From sequence record NZ_CP119397.1: DNA of 64,000 nt, one strand, 5' to 3'. Positions 46,724 to 56,549 of this stretch are shown here, piece after piece. Every line of letters begins with the position of its first letter. The first letter of the stretch is position 1. The DNA is from a plasmid. The notes under the pieces are model-generated. The model was not told the DNA's origin. It did not search any database and saw only the letters and a program-made list of their open reading frames with translations. A program made the translations under genes and the position numbers.

Positions 46724-47962
46724 TTAATGCCGGGCCAGATGCGCACGCGGGTCACGCTCTGCCGGGGGAGAGGCGGCCACGGGCAATTTACGCACGCCGA
46801 ACAGCACCAGGCTGCTGCCCAGGATAACCAGCGCCGCCGCCAGCCAGACCGGTTGCAGGGTGTAATGCTGGGCGAAATAGCCGGCGATAATCGGGGAGAT
46901 GCCGCCCGCCGCCATGCCCATGTTCATCACAAAGCCGATGGCCGAGCCGCGCAGCGAGGGCGGCACCAGCTCAGCGGTGATGGACAGCACAATCGGCGTG
47001 ATGGGGTAACCCAGGAACCCCAGCAGCATCACCAGCATAATCACCACCGGAACTGACAGCGTCAGCACCATCGCGGCCATTAACAGCGCGCTGACCACGG
47101 TGATGGCCATCAGAATGGTGCGGCGGCGCAGGAAATCACCTTTGTCGCAGTAGCGGCCGAGCAGGAAACCGCCGAGTGCGCCGGTCAGCCCCAGCAGGCT
47201 GGCTATCGTCCCGGCGGTGCCGATCGTCAGGTTTTTCACCTGCATCAGGTAGCTCGGCGCCCACAGCAGCACAATCCACCAGCCCGCCAGCAGCACAAAG
47301 TAATAGAGCGCCATCATCATCACCGGCGCATGGCGGAACAGCGTGCGCAACGGCACTTTCTCCGCCGCCTGCCGGGCGATCAGGTCAGCGGGTTTGCGGT
47401 CATTTTTCACCAGCACCGCATACAGCAGCGCCACCACAATCCCCAGCGCCCCGGCGACGTAGAACACCACCCGCCAGCCAAACACCGGGCCGAGCACCGC
47501 ACCCATCCAGGTGCCGAAGAAGCCGCCAATCGGGTAGCCCATCCAGTAAAGGGACATCACCGTGGTGCGCTGTTTCTCGCTGGTGACGTTCGCCACCTCC
47601 AGCGAGGCGGCCGGCCAGAAAATCCCTTCGCCGATGCCGGTCATCACCCGGTAGAAGATCAGGCTGGTCAGGCTGCCTGCAAACCCGGTAAACAGGGTCG
47701 CCAGCGAGAACATCATCAACCCGAGGATCAGCACCGGTTTGCCGCTGAGTTTGTCGGCGATGATGCCGGCCGCAAACAGGAACAGGATAAAACCAAAGAA
47801 GAAAGAGGAGAGCAGGATGCCGCTTTCGCCTTTGCCGAGGCCAAATTCCGTGGCAATCAGCCCAATCGCCGACGACACCGTCATGCGATCAACCGAATAC
47901 ATCATGTAGCCCAGTCCGCACAGGACGGTAACCAGAACCATTTTCCGGGTATCGGTAGTCAT
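46724..47962 (-). CDS. MFS transporter.
   Basis: 12 TM segments and an MFS N-terminal motif. GAGGAAAAT RBS. Confidence 0.8.
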   Translation of the reverse strand: MTTDTRKMVLVTVLCGLGYMMYSVDRMTVSSAIGLIATEFGLGKGESGILLSSFFFGFILFLFAAGIIADKLSGKPVLILGLMMFSLATLFTGFAGSLTSLIFYRVMTGIGEGIFWPAASLEVANVTSEKQRTTVMSLYWMGYPIGGFFGTWMGAVLGPVFGWRVVFYVAGALGIVVALLYAVLVKNDRKPADLIARQAAEKVPLRTLFRHAPVMMMALYYFVLLAGWWIVLLWAPSYLMQVKNLTIGTAGTIASLLGLTGALGGFLLGRYCDKGDFLRRRTILMAITVVSALLMAAMVLTLSVPVVIMLVMLLGFLGYPITPIVLSITAELVPPSLRGSAIGFVMNMGMAAGGISPIIAGYFAQHYTLQPVWLAAALVILGSSLVLFGVRKLPVAASPPAERDPRAHLARH

Positions 47963-48030
47963 ATTTTCCTCGCCATGCCTGTTGACCGACGAAAACCGCT
48001 GTTCAGCGCTGTCAGAGACTCATTGGAATA

Positions 48031-48864
48031 TTAACCGTGCTGCAAATGCCGCATTTTGCAGGTGCGTAACACCTCATCAGGATCTTTCTCCCACCAGGTG
48101 AGGCGGGAAAAAATCTCCACTTCGTGATAGCCGCGGTAGCCCTGCGCCTCCACCGCCTGCCGGAAACCGCGGATATCAATCACCCCGTCGCCCATCATGC
48201 CGCGGTCTTCCAGCATGTCCTGCGTGGGGTTAAGCCAGTCACAGATATGGAACGCCAGCAGCCTTTGAGGCCCGGCGCGGGCAATTTCGCGGTGGAAATC
48301 GGCGTCCCACCAGGTGTGGTAGAGGTCAACCGCGATGCCCAGCCCGTTATCGCCCAGTTCATCACAGAGATCGTTGGCCTGTTTCAGGCTGTTGACGCAG
48401 GCGCGGTCGGCGGCATACATCGGGTGCAGCGGCTCAATCGCCAGCGGCATCCCACGCGGCCGGGCGTAGTCCAGCAGCGCGCCCAGCCCGTCGCGTACCT
48501 GTTGGCGTGCACCGGCCAGATCTTTTGAGCCGTCGGGCAGCCCGCCGACCACCAGCACCAGGCAGGACGCGCCGAGGGTCAGCGCCTCCTCCACGGCGCG
48601 GTAGTTGTCCTCCAGGGCTTTCCGGCGTGCCTCCGGGCCGGCGGCCGGGAACATGCCGCCGCGGCAGTAGCCGGTCACCGCCAGGTTATGCAGGCGGATC
48701 AGCCGGGCGGTTTCCTGCAACCCGAGCGCGGCGACCTGATCGCGCCACGGCGAGATACCGCGGATGTCATGGCGCGCGCAGCCTTCAATGATCTGGCGCA
48801 GATCCCACTGGCGGCGCACCGTGGCGGTATTTAACGAGAGTTTTCCGGGGTCGGGTGTGTGCAT
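48031..48864 (-). CDS. Sugar phosphate isomerase/epimerase (TIM barrel).
   Basis: Xylose-isomerase-like TIM pattern. GAGGAGG RBS before the ATG at 48864. Confidence 0.8.
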   Translation of the reverse strand: MHTPDPGKLSLNTATVRRQWDLRQIIEGCARHDIRGISPWRDQVAALGLQETARLIRLHNLAVTGYCRGGMFPAAGPEARRKALEDNYRAVEEALTLGASCLVLVVGGLPDGSKDLAGARQQVRDGLGALLDYARPRGMPLAIEPLHPMYAADRACVNSLKQANDLCDELGDNGLGIAVDLYHTWWDADFHREIARAGPQRLLAFHICDWLNPTQDMLEDRGMMGDGVIDIRGFRQAVEAQGYRGYHEVEIFSRLTWWEKDPDEVLRTCKMRHLQHG

Positions 48865-48874
48865 TTTCTCCTCC

Positions 48875-50026
48875 TCACCCTTCCAGCGCGGGCACATCGA
48901 CCCAGCGGCGCTCTTGCCAGCTTTTCAGCGCCAGATCCACCAGTTGCAGGCCCTTCGCCCCTTCCAGCAGGTTCCAGCGGTAGTCGCCTTCGCCCCAGAC
49001 ATGGCGCAAAAAGAGTTCCCACTGCACTTTAAAGGCGTTGTCATACACCTGGGTGTCGGGCACGGTGGCCCAGTCATTGAAGAAGTTGTGGGTCTGGCGC
49101 ACATCCGGGTTCCAGACCGGTTTCGGGGTATTGACCGCCGCCTGGGTGTAGCAGTCGGTCAGCCCGGCGACGGCCGACCCGTTGACGCCATCCACCTGGA
49201 ACGTCACCAGGTCGTCACGCCGCACGCGCACGCACCAGGAGCTGTTGATCTGCACGATCGCGCCGTTATGCAGTTCAAAGGTGGCGTACACCGCATCATC
49301 CGCCGTGGCCTGATAGGGTTTTTGCTGTTCATCCCAGCGCGTCGGGATATGCGTTGCGCCGATGCAGCTCAGGCTTTTGATCTCGCCAAACAGGTTGTCG
49401 ATGACATAGCGCCAGTGGCAGATCATGTCGAGGATGATGCCGCCGCCCTCTTCGCTGCGGTAGTTCCAGGAGGGGCGCTGGGTCGGTTGCAGGTTGCCCT
49501 CAAACACCCAGTAGCCAAATTCACCGCGCACCGACAGCACCTTGCCGAAGAAGCCCGCCTCATTCAGCAGGCGCAGCTTTTGCAGGCCGGGCAACCAGAG
49601 TTTGTCCTGCACCACGCCGTGGCAGACCCCTTTTTCGCGCGCGGCGCGGTAGAGATCGAGCGCGTCTTCCAGCCCCAGCGCGACCGGTTTTTCGCTGTAA
49701 ACGTGTTTGCCCAGGGCGATCGCTTTTTTCAGCAGGGCAGGGCGCGCCTGGGTGGTGGCTGCATCAAAGAAGAGGATGTCATCAGGGTTGGCCAGCGCCT
49801 CATCGACGTTGGTGCCCCAGCGGGCAATGCCGTGCGCCTGCGCCAGTGCGGCGATTTTCTCTTCATTGCGGCCAATCAGAATCGGGTCGGGCATCAGGCG
49901 ATCGCCGTTTGCCAGCAGCACGCCGCCCTGTTCACGGATTTGCACGATCGACCGGATCAGGTGCTGGTTTTTGCCCATCCGTCCGGTTACGCCATGCATG
50001 ATGATGCCAACGGGGATCTGCGCCAT
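48875..50026 (-). CDS. Gfo/Idh/MocA-family oxidoreductase.
   Basis: Rossmann N-terminus (VGIIMHGVTGRMG) and EKP motif (YSEKPVA). Confidence 0.8.
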   Translation of the reverse strand: MAQIPVGIIMHGVTGRMGKNQHLIRSIVQIREQGGVLLANGDRLMPDPILIGRNEEKIAALAQAHGIARWGTNVDEALANPDDILFFDAATTQARPALLKKAIALGKHVYSEKPVALGLEDALDLYRAAREKGVCHGVVQDKLWLPGLQKLRLLNEAGFFGKVLSVRGEFGYWVFEGNLQPTQRPSWNYRSEEGGGIILDMICHWRYVIDNLFGEIKSLSCIGATHIPTRWDEQQKPYQATADDAVYATFELHNGAIVQINSSWCVRVRRDDLVTFQVDGVNGSAVAGLTDCYTQAAVNTPKPVWNPDVRQTHNFFNDWATVPDTQVYDNAFKVQWELFLRHVWGEGDYRWNLLEGAKGLQLVDLALKSWQERRWVDVPALEG

Positions 50027-50132
50027 TCATTCACCTCGGGGTAGAAGATGTCAGGCCACTGCGCGGGGTGTGATGCAGGCGTCATCACGCTGTGTTCGCC
50101 CGTGCCGGCGGCGGGGGATACGCCATACTCAT

Positions 50133-50153
50133 TCAACCAACCGGTTGACAACC
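50133..50153. promoter_or_regulatory. Palindromic site TCAACCAACCGGTTGACAACC, TetR operator candidate.
   Basis: Contains the perfect palindrome CAACCGGTTG. Lies between the divergent tetR gene and the oxidoreductase operon. Confidence 0.4.
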
Positions 50154-50197
50154 ACACTATAGAAGCTGGCAAACCGCGCCGTGGTGATCCGTTTCAC

Positions 50198-50220
50198 ATA
50201 ACCAACCAGTTGGTTGAAAA
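50198..50220. promoter_or_regulatory. Palindromic site AACCAAC-ca-GTTGGTT, second TetR operator candidate.
   Basis: 7-bp perfect arms. Shares AACCAACC.GTTG with the first site. Adjacent to a perfect TATAAT at 50250-50255. Confidence 0.4.
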
Positions 50221-50260
50221 AGAGCGCAGGCTTGTTTTAGCGGGTAAATAGGGCACTATA

Positions 50261-50932
50261 ATGCTGAAACCTGTCGAGAAGAGTGAGGGAAACGGAGTGG
50301 TTATCAGGCGCGTTACGGAGAAACATGATGCGGCAGACAAGCAGCAGCGCATCCTTCAGGCGGCCCGCGCGGAGTTTGCCGAGAAAGGGTTTGACGGCGC
50401 GCGGGTTGACAGCATCGCCGCCAGGGCCTGCGCCAATAAGCAGCTGATCTATTACTATTTCACCAATAAAGATGTGCTGTTTACCCATGTGCTGGAAGCG
50501 GCTTACCGCGACATCCGCGAACAGGAGGCGGCGCTCTCACTGGAGGCATTGCCCGCCAACGAGGCGATTTTGATGCTGGTGGAGTTCACCTGGCACTATT
50601 ACCTGAAAAACCCGGAGTTTATCCGCCTGCTCAACAGTGAAAACCAGCTGAAAGCACGCCACCTCAAAACCTCCGGGGTGGCGGTGGAGGTAAACCAAAG
50701 CTGGATCACCATCACCGAGGCGCTGCTGGCGCGCGGCCGGGCTGAAGGCACGGTACGGAGCGGCATCGACGTGATGCAACTCAACATCAACATTTCCGCC
50801 CTCGGCTTCTTCTACCTGATTAACCAGTCCACGCTGTCGATTCTCTACCAGAAAGATCTCAGCGAAAAAGCCGCGCTTGATGAACGGTTGCGGGTGATGA
50901 AAGAGTGCATCGCCGCCTGGATCGCGCCATGA
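50261..50932 (+). CDS. TetR-family transcriptional regulator.
   Basis: HTH (RILQAARAEFAEKGFDGARVDSIAARACANKQLIYYYF). Confidence 0.8.
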   Translation: MLKPVEKSEGNGVVIRRVTEKHDAADKQQRILQAARAEFAEKGFDGARVDSIAARACANKQLIYYYFTNKDVLFTHVLEAAYRDIREQEAALSLEALPANEAILMLVEFTWHYYLKNPEFIRLLNSENQLKARHLKTSGVAVEVNQSWITITEALLARGRAEGTVRSGIDVMQLNINISALGFFYLINQSTLSILYQKDLSEKAALDERLRVMKECIAAWIAP

Positions 50933-50954
50933 GCCTGGTCAGCAAGGAGAACGT

Positions 50955-51890
50955 ATGATCCGGCTTGACGATGTGGCGCTGTTTGTCCGGTCTGCCGCGC
51001 TCGGCAGCTTTTCCCGCGCGGCCCGTGAAGGGGATCTGCTGCCGGGGCAGGTCAGTGCCGCGGTGCAGCGGCTGGAGCGCGATCTGGATAAGCGCTTGTT
51101 TGTGCGCTCCACGCGCAGCCTGCGGCTGACGGCCGAAGGCGAAACCTATTTGCCCTATGCCCAGGAGTTGCTGGCACTGGTGCAGGCGGGCGCAGAGAGC
51201 CTGCAAGGCAATGAGGAGGCGTTGCAGGGCGAGCTTAAAGTCGCGCTGCCTTCTGATATCGGCCGCAATATCCTGTTGCCGGTAATGACGGCCTTTTTCA
51301 AGGCGCACCCCGGCCTCTCCCTGCGGCTGTCGCTGTCTGACCAGCGCAGTGATATGTTCCGCGATCCGGTGGATGTGGCTGTCCGCTACGGCGCGCTGGA
51401 CAACAGCCGCTACGTTGCGCTGCCGCTGGCGGCGGATAACCGGCGGGTGCTGGCTGCCTCACCGGGTTACCTGCAACAGCATGGCGAGCCGCAACAGTTG
51501 GATGACATTCCCCGCCACGCCTGCCTGCTTTACACCCTGAACGGCCAGGCGTATGACAAATGGCTGTTTCCGGGGCAGGGCGCGCCGCGCCAGCTGACGG
51601 TGAACAGCCGGATGCTGTGTGACGATGCCGACATCGCCCGCCGCTGGGCGGTGGATGGCATGGGGATTGTCTATAAATCCTGGATTGATCTCAGTGATGA
51701 CGTGCTGGCCGGGCGTTTAAAGGTGCTGCTGCCGGACCACCCCGGCGAAATCACGCCGCTGCACCTGATCTGCCCGCACCGCAAGCAGTTCTCCCCCGCC
51801 ATACGGCAACTGCACCAATGCCTCAGCGATCACCTGAAAGGGATTATGGCGCAGATGCCCACACCTGCCCTGCCGGACTATGGGGGGTAA
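50955..51890 (+). CDS. LysR-family transcriptional regulator.
   Basis: HTH (FSRAAREGDLLPGQVSAAVQRLE). AAGGAG RBS. Confidence 0.8.
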   Translation: MIRLDDVALFVRSAALGSFSRAAREGDLLPGQVSAAVQRLERDLDKRLFVRSTRSLRLTAEGETYLPYAQELLALVQAGAESLQGNEEALQGELKVALPSDIGRNILLPVMTAFFKAHPGLSLRLSLSDQRSDMFRDPVDVAVRYGALDNSRYVALPLAADNRRVLAASPGYLQQHGEPQQLDDIPRHACLLYTLNGQAYDKWLFPGQGAPRQLTVNSRMLCDDADIARRWAVDGMGIVYKSWIDLSDDVLAGRLKVLLPDHPGEITPLHLICPHRKQFSPAIRQLHQCLSDHLKGIMAQMPTPALPDYGG

Positions 51891-51945
51891 TCGCGTTTTT
51901 AATGCGAACAGGGAAAAGAAACGAGATAACTGTTTTAGAAAGGAA

Positions 51946-51968
51946 AAGCCCCGTAAAGGGGCTTTTTG
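51946..51968. terminator. Bidirectional rho-independent terminator.
   Basis: aaaagcccc-gtaaa-ggggctttttg. Confidence 0.55.
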
Positions 51969-51978
51969 TTCTGTCTGG

Positions 51979-52305
51979 TTATTGTGCAAAAACGCTGAGG
52001 CCTTTGCGGCGGAGAATGTCCAGCATTCGCAGGGCTGCGCCATTGGGCTTTTTCTCACCACGCTCCCACTTTGAAACGCTCTCAACAGACATATTCAAGG
52101 TATAAGCCAGCATGGACTGGCTAATATGAAGCTGGTCACGCAACGCACGGATTGCTGTGCCGTCCATTTCTTCCGGCTTGGGCATTTTTTCACGCAATTG
52201 CTGCGCTTTTAAGCGGGAACCAATAAATTCAACGGTTTCATCAGAGACAGTGCCTGACTTGTTGAATGCTTGTGCCATTTCATGTAGTTGTTTCAGTCTG
52301 CTCAT
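51979..52305 (-). CDS. HigA-2-like XRE-family HTH antitoxin.
   Basis: C-terminal HTH (LRDQLHISQSMLAYTLNMSVESVSKWERGEKKPNGAALRMLDIL). Lies immediately downstream of, and overlapping, the toxin gene. The start may be the internal ATG near 52278. Confidence 0.65.
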   Translation of the reverse strand: MSRLKQLHEMAQAFNKSGTVSDETVEFIGSRLKAQQLREKMPKPEEMDGTAIRALRDQLHISQSMLAYTLNMSVESVSKWERGEKKPNGAALRMLDILRRKGLSVFAQ

Positions 52306-52687
52306 GACATTTAACCTCTCTCAATCTCTTTTCAGCAATATCTTTGCTGATACTTTCATCAGACGCTGCCAACAAATCCCGCGCTAAGCGCCGGTAGACT
52401 TCCAGCTCATCATCCGGGATTTCCTTTGTTCCATCATCTGGCACGTCCGCTTTTGTCCATCCATCTATAAAGAACAAATGGCTTTCATGGTGAAAAGCAA
52501 TAACTGTACGTGCGCCGCCCCGCTTACCGCTATTGCCAAGTGGAATACGTTTTTTATAAACATGCCCACCCAATTGGGCATCCACCAATCCATTTTTAAT
52601 TTCACCTGCAATCTCGCACAGGATTTCATCTTTAATTTTTTGTTTTTTTAAGCTCTTATCAAAGAGAAAGGTCGTATAAATTTTCAT
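52280..52687 (-). CDS. RelE/ParE-superfamily toxin, HigB-2-like (COG4737-type).
   Basis: GKRGGARTVIAF motif resembles the Vibrio HigB-2 KGKRGGSRIIYY. Toxin-first gene order with an XRE antitoxin downstream. The islet is AT-rich. Confidence 0.65.
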   Translation of the reverse strand: MKIYTTFLFDKSLKKQKIKDEILCEIAGEIKNGLVDAQLGGHVYKKRIPLGNSGKRGGARTVIAFHHESHLFFIDGWTKADVPDDGTKEIPDDELEVYRRLARDLLAASDESISKDIAEKRLREVKCHEQTETTT

Positions 52688-53005
52688 CTTTAATTCCCTG
52701 TTATTATTATCACTTTCCCTGACATTTGACGCTGATTACTGCTCAAAATATAGTACTTAGTACGGTATTTTTCAATGGTCCATTTCACTTTTTAAAAGGC
52801 TGGAAAACAGGAAATAAGCTGGGATCGGGATAATGTTGTGATCCCGCCCTGCCCACATACCGTGCTCAGGTGAAAAATTGACCACCTGAGCGCTGTTTAT
52901 TACGCTCATAGTATTGCCACAGGCCCATGTTCAATGGGTTGCCGCTGAACGCGGCGCGATGTTCATTCCACCCTAAACAGAAATAACCACACAGACGAGG
53001 TCGTT

Positions 53006-53752
53006 ATGGCGAAGCTGGAAGGAAAAGTGGCACTGGTTACCGGCGCATCAAAAGGCATCGGGGCTGCGATCGCGAAAGCGCTGGCGGCACAGGGGGCGGC
53101 CGTGGCGGTGGCCTATGCCAACAGCCGGGACGCGGCAGACGCAGTGGTGGCTTCGATCCACGCCGCCGGCGGGAAGGCGGTGGCGGTGGGCGGCGATGTC
53201 TCCCAGGCGGCGGCCGCCGCCGCATTGGTCGATGCCACGATCGACGCGTTTGGGCACCTCGACATTCTGGTGAACAATTCGGGGGTCTACGCCTTCGCGC
53301 CGATTGAAGAGATTACCGAAGAGGATTTCCATTACCAGTTCAACATCAACGTGCTGGGGGTGCTGCTGGTGACGCAGGCGGCGGTGCCGCATCTGAAAGA
53401 AGGGGCCAGCATCATTAATATTGGCTCCGGCACCACGGAGCTGACGCCGCCGATGACGGCCGTCTACAGCGGCACCAAGGGCGCGCTGGATGCCATCACC
53501 GGCGTGCTGGCGCGTGAACTGGGGCCGCGCGGCATCCGGGTGAACTCGCTTAACCCCGGTTACACCGAAACTGAGGGCACCCACACCGCAGGGATCACCG
53601 GTTCCGACATGGAAAAAAACCTGGTGACGCTGACCCCGCTCGGCCGCGGCGGGAAGCCGGAAGATATCGCGGATATCGCCGTGTTCCTGGCCTCAAGCGA
53701 TGCCCGCTGGCTGACCGGCGAGCGGCTGGTGGCCTCCGGCGGGTTGCGCTGA
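53006..53752 (+). CDS. SDR-family oxidoreductase (FabG-like 3-oxoacyl reductase).
   Basis: TGASKGIG motif, NNSG, and YSGTKGAL catalytic motif. Confidence 0.85.
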   Translation: MAKLEGKVALVTGASKGIGAAIAKALAAQGAAVAVAYANSRDAADAVVASIHAAGGKAVAVGGDVSQAAAAAALVDATIDAFGHLDILVNNSGVYAFAPIEEITEEDFHYQFNINVLGVLLVTQAAVPHLKEGASIINIGSGTTELTPPMTAVYSGTKGALDAITGVLARELGPRGIRVNSLNPGYTETEGTHTAGITGSDMEKNLVTLTPLGRGGKPEDIADIAVFLASSDARWLTGERLVASGGLR

Positions 53753-53784
53753 CAATATCGCCCCCGTGCCGCACGGCAGGGGGG

Positions 53785-54669
53785 TTATTGCCAGTGTTCA
53801 GACAGAAAATCGATGAAGCAGCGAATGCGGGGGGAAAGGTACCGGCTGGCCGGCCACAATGCCGAAAAGTGGCTCCGGCGGTCGCAATAGCCCGGCAGAA
53901 TCTGGATCAGTTGCCCTTGCTTCAATGCCTCCCTGACAACGAAATCCGGCACATAACAGATGCCCAGCCCAGAAAGGGCGGCCCCCACCATGGCTTCAAT
54001 ATTGTTCAGCGTCAGCAGGGAGAGGGCGCTGAACTCGCCGGTGACGCGGTACGCGTTCAGATCCCATGCCTGGATCAGACCGGTGGAGGGAAAGCGGAAC
54101 AGAATGCATTTGTGTGAGGGTAAATCGTGCGGGGTGCGGGGTTCCCCATACGCCTGAAGGTACGCGGGGCTGGCACAAAGCACAAAACGGAAATGCCCCA
54201 GCGTTTTTGCCGTGAGCCGTGAATCACCGATCTCCCCGCTGCGGATGGCCACATCAAACCCTTCATCAATCACATTGACCAGCCGGTCGCTGAAATCCAG
54301 ATCCAGGTCAATCCCTGGGTAACGCTGCGTAAACGCCGGCAGCAGCGGCAGCATCAAGCGATAGCCGATCGCCGGAAATGAGACCCTGAGGGTGCCGGTG
54401 GGGTGGCTCACGGCGGTGGTGAGTTCCGCTTCAGCCTCACGCAACTGCTCAAGGATAGACTGGCAGCGAGCCAGGAGCGTCGCCCCTTCCGCCGTCAGGC
54501 TGACGCTGCGGGTGCTGCGGTTAAAGAGCCGCACGCCGAGTTTTTTCTCAAGCCTCGCCACATTTTTCCCAACCGCAGAGGCTGAAATGCCTAATGTCCG
54601 CGCAGCCTGAACAAAGCTGAGCGTTTCTGCGGTGCGGACAAAGGAAGTCAGTGAAGTGAAGCTGTCCAT
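53785..54669 (-). CDS. LysR-family transcriptional regulator.
   Basis: HTH (FVQAARTLGISASAVGKNVARLE). Divergent from the MFS gene. Confidence 0.8.
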   Translation of the reverse strand: MDSFTSLTSFVRTAETLSFVQAARTLGISASAVGKNVARLEKKLGVRLFNRSTRSVSLTAEGATLLARCQSILEQLREAEAELTTAVSHPTGTLRVSFPAIGYRLMLPLLPAFTQRYPGIDLDLDFSDRLVNVIDEGFDVAIRSGEIGDSRLTAKTLGHFRFVLCASPAYLQAYGEPRTPHDLPSHKCILFRFPSTGLIQAWDLNAYRVTGEFSALSLLTLNNIEAMVGAALSGLGICYVPDFVVREALKQGQLIQILPGYCDRRSHFSALWPASRYLSPRIRCFIDFLSEHWQ

Positions 54670-54780
54670 GGATTATAAACTTTTTGTCTTTAAAGAAGGG
54701 ATCCCCAGTCTATTTATCCCGCCTGACCTCTGCAATAGCATGGCCGCTATCTGCTCCCTTTTTCAGGCAAAGGCACCCCC

Positions 54781-56286
54781 ATGATACGATTTCGCTTTTC
54801 TTCCCCGCACATTGCCGCCGCCCCGGTATTTTTAGCGGCAATGCTGTTACCGCTGAGCTTTACCGGTGGGGTGGTCACGACCCCTGCAATCGGCCATGAA
54901 CTGGGAGGAAGCCCCGCTTCTCTGGCGTGGCTGACCAATGGGTTTATGCTGACGTTCGGCAGTTTCCTGCTGGCGGCCGGTGTGGCGGCCGATCTCACCG
55001 GCAGAAAACGGGTGCTGATCGGCGGGCTGGCCCTGTTTACCCTGAGCTGCCTGCTGATTTATCCGGCGGGCAGCACCCCCATGGCCGGTGCGCTCAGGGC
55101 GGTGCAGGGTATGGCGGCCGCCATGACCTTGGCCGGCGGCAGTGCGGCACTGGCCCGGCTGTATGACGGCCCCGCCCGGGCCCAGGCGTTCAGTCTGCTC
55201 GGCACCCTGTTCGGGGCGGGGCTGGCCTTCGGGCCGCTGGTCACCGGCACCATCACCGATCTGTCTGGCTGGCGCGGGGTATACCTGATGCTGGCGCTGC
55301 TGTCAGGAATCGCTTTGCTGACCGGGGCGCTTTTTCTGCCGGGTTCGGCAAAACCGCCCCGGCAAAAAACCGACATCGCCGGGATTGTCCTGTTTAGTAC
55401 GGCCCTGATCCTGTTCACCCTGGGGATCATGCTTATCCCGGATCAGGGGCTTTTCTCCCCTGGAGTGATCGGCGTGTTTACCGCGTTTATGCTATTTACC
55501 GCAGGGTTTGTTATACGCTGCCAACGCGCAGAGCATCCTGTGTTTGAGCTTTCCCTTTTACGCCATCCACGTTTTGCCGGGGTGTTGCTGCTGCCGGTGG
55601 CCACCTGCTACTGCTACGTGGTGCTGCTGATTATTCTTCCCCTGCGTTTCATGGGCGGTGAGGCCTTCAGTGAAACAAAAAGTGCGCTCTTTCTGCTGGC
55701 GCTGACGGGGCCGATGCTGGTCTTGCCTTCATTGGCTGCGTTTCTGACCCGGTGGCATACGCCCGGCGTTATTTCTGTCATCGGGTTGGGGGTCTCCACG
55801 GTGGGGCTGCTGTTGCTGAGCCAGGTCATGCAAAGCGATAACAGCGCCATGCTTATTCTGGCGATGTTTATCACCGGTGCAGGCGCGGCGCTGCCCTGGG
55901 GGCTGATGGATGGGCTGGCCGTCTCTGCCGTGCCTGTTGAGAAGGCCGGCATGGCTGCGGGGTTATTTAATACGGTGCGGGTCGCGGGGGAAGGCATTGC
56001 GCTGGCCGTCGTCATGGCATTTCTGGCGATGGTTAATCAGCAGGAGCTGATGGGGGACGTCACCGGCTATCCGCCGGGGGCCATCAAACACGCGGCCACC
56101 TGGCTGGGCGGCGGCAATATTGAACAGGCTGCCCGGCTGCTGCCGGCGGTGCCCCGACAGGTACTGATGGCCACGTATAACCACGCCTATAGCCTGCTGT
56201 TTTATGGCCTGTCGGTGATTACTTTGCTCTCTGCGTGGGGCGTGTGGAAGACTCTGATCCAGCAGAAAGAGCAACCCATGATGTAA
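54781..56286 (+). CDS. MFS transporter, DHA2-like (14-TM drug/metabolite:H+ antiporter).
   Basis: ~500 aa, about 14 hydrophobic segments, and an MFS motif (GRKRVLIGG). Confidence 0.75.
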   Translation: MIRFRFSSPHIAAAPVFLAAMLLPLSFTGGVVTTPAIGHELGGSPASLAWLTNGFMLTFGSFLLAAGVAADLTGRKRVLIGGLALFTLSCLLIYPAGSTPMAGALRAVQGMAAAMTLAGGSAALARLYDGPARAQAFSLLGTLFGAGLAFGPLVTGTITDLSGWRGVYLMLALLSGIALLTGALFLPGSAKPPRQKTDIAGIVLFSTALILFTLGIMLIPDQGLFSPGVIGVFTAFMLFTAGFVIRCQRAEHPVFELSLLRHPRFAGVLLLPVATCYCYVVLLIILPLRFMGGEAFSETKSALFLLALTGPMLVLPSLAAFLTRWHTPGVISVIGLGVSTVGLLLLSQVMQSDNSAMLILAMFITGAGAALPWGLMDGLAVSAVPVEKAGMAAGLFNTVRVAGEGIALAVVMAFLAMVNQQELMGDVTGYPPGAIKHAATWLGGGNIEQAARLLPAVPRQVLMATYNHAYSLLFYGLSVITLLSAWGVWKTLIQQKEQPMM

Positions 56287-56549
56287 CAATCAGCCCCCGG
56301 CATCACCCTGCCGCCGGCTGGCAGAAAAATTTGCGTTAATGAAAAATAGTCACGCAGTGTGCACAACTTAAGCCAAATATGACAATAAATGAGCATCTTT
56401 GTGTGAAAGTAATTCCAAATACATATTTAGTTAACTTTTAAATCATCAAAACATCCATTTCAGGCTGAGTAGATCGATTTACTGTCACAATTCTCACGGT
56501 ATTATCTGCCCGCAAAACACAGAGCAATTTTAAACAGGGCTATATCATA

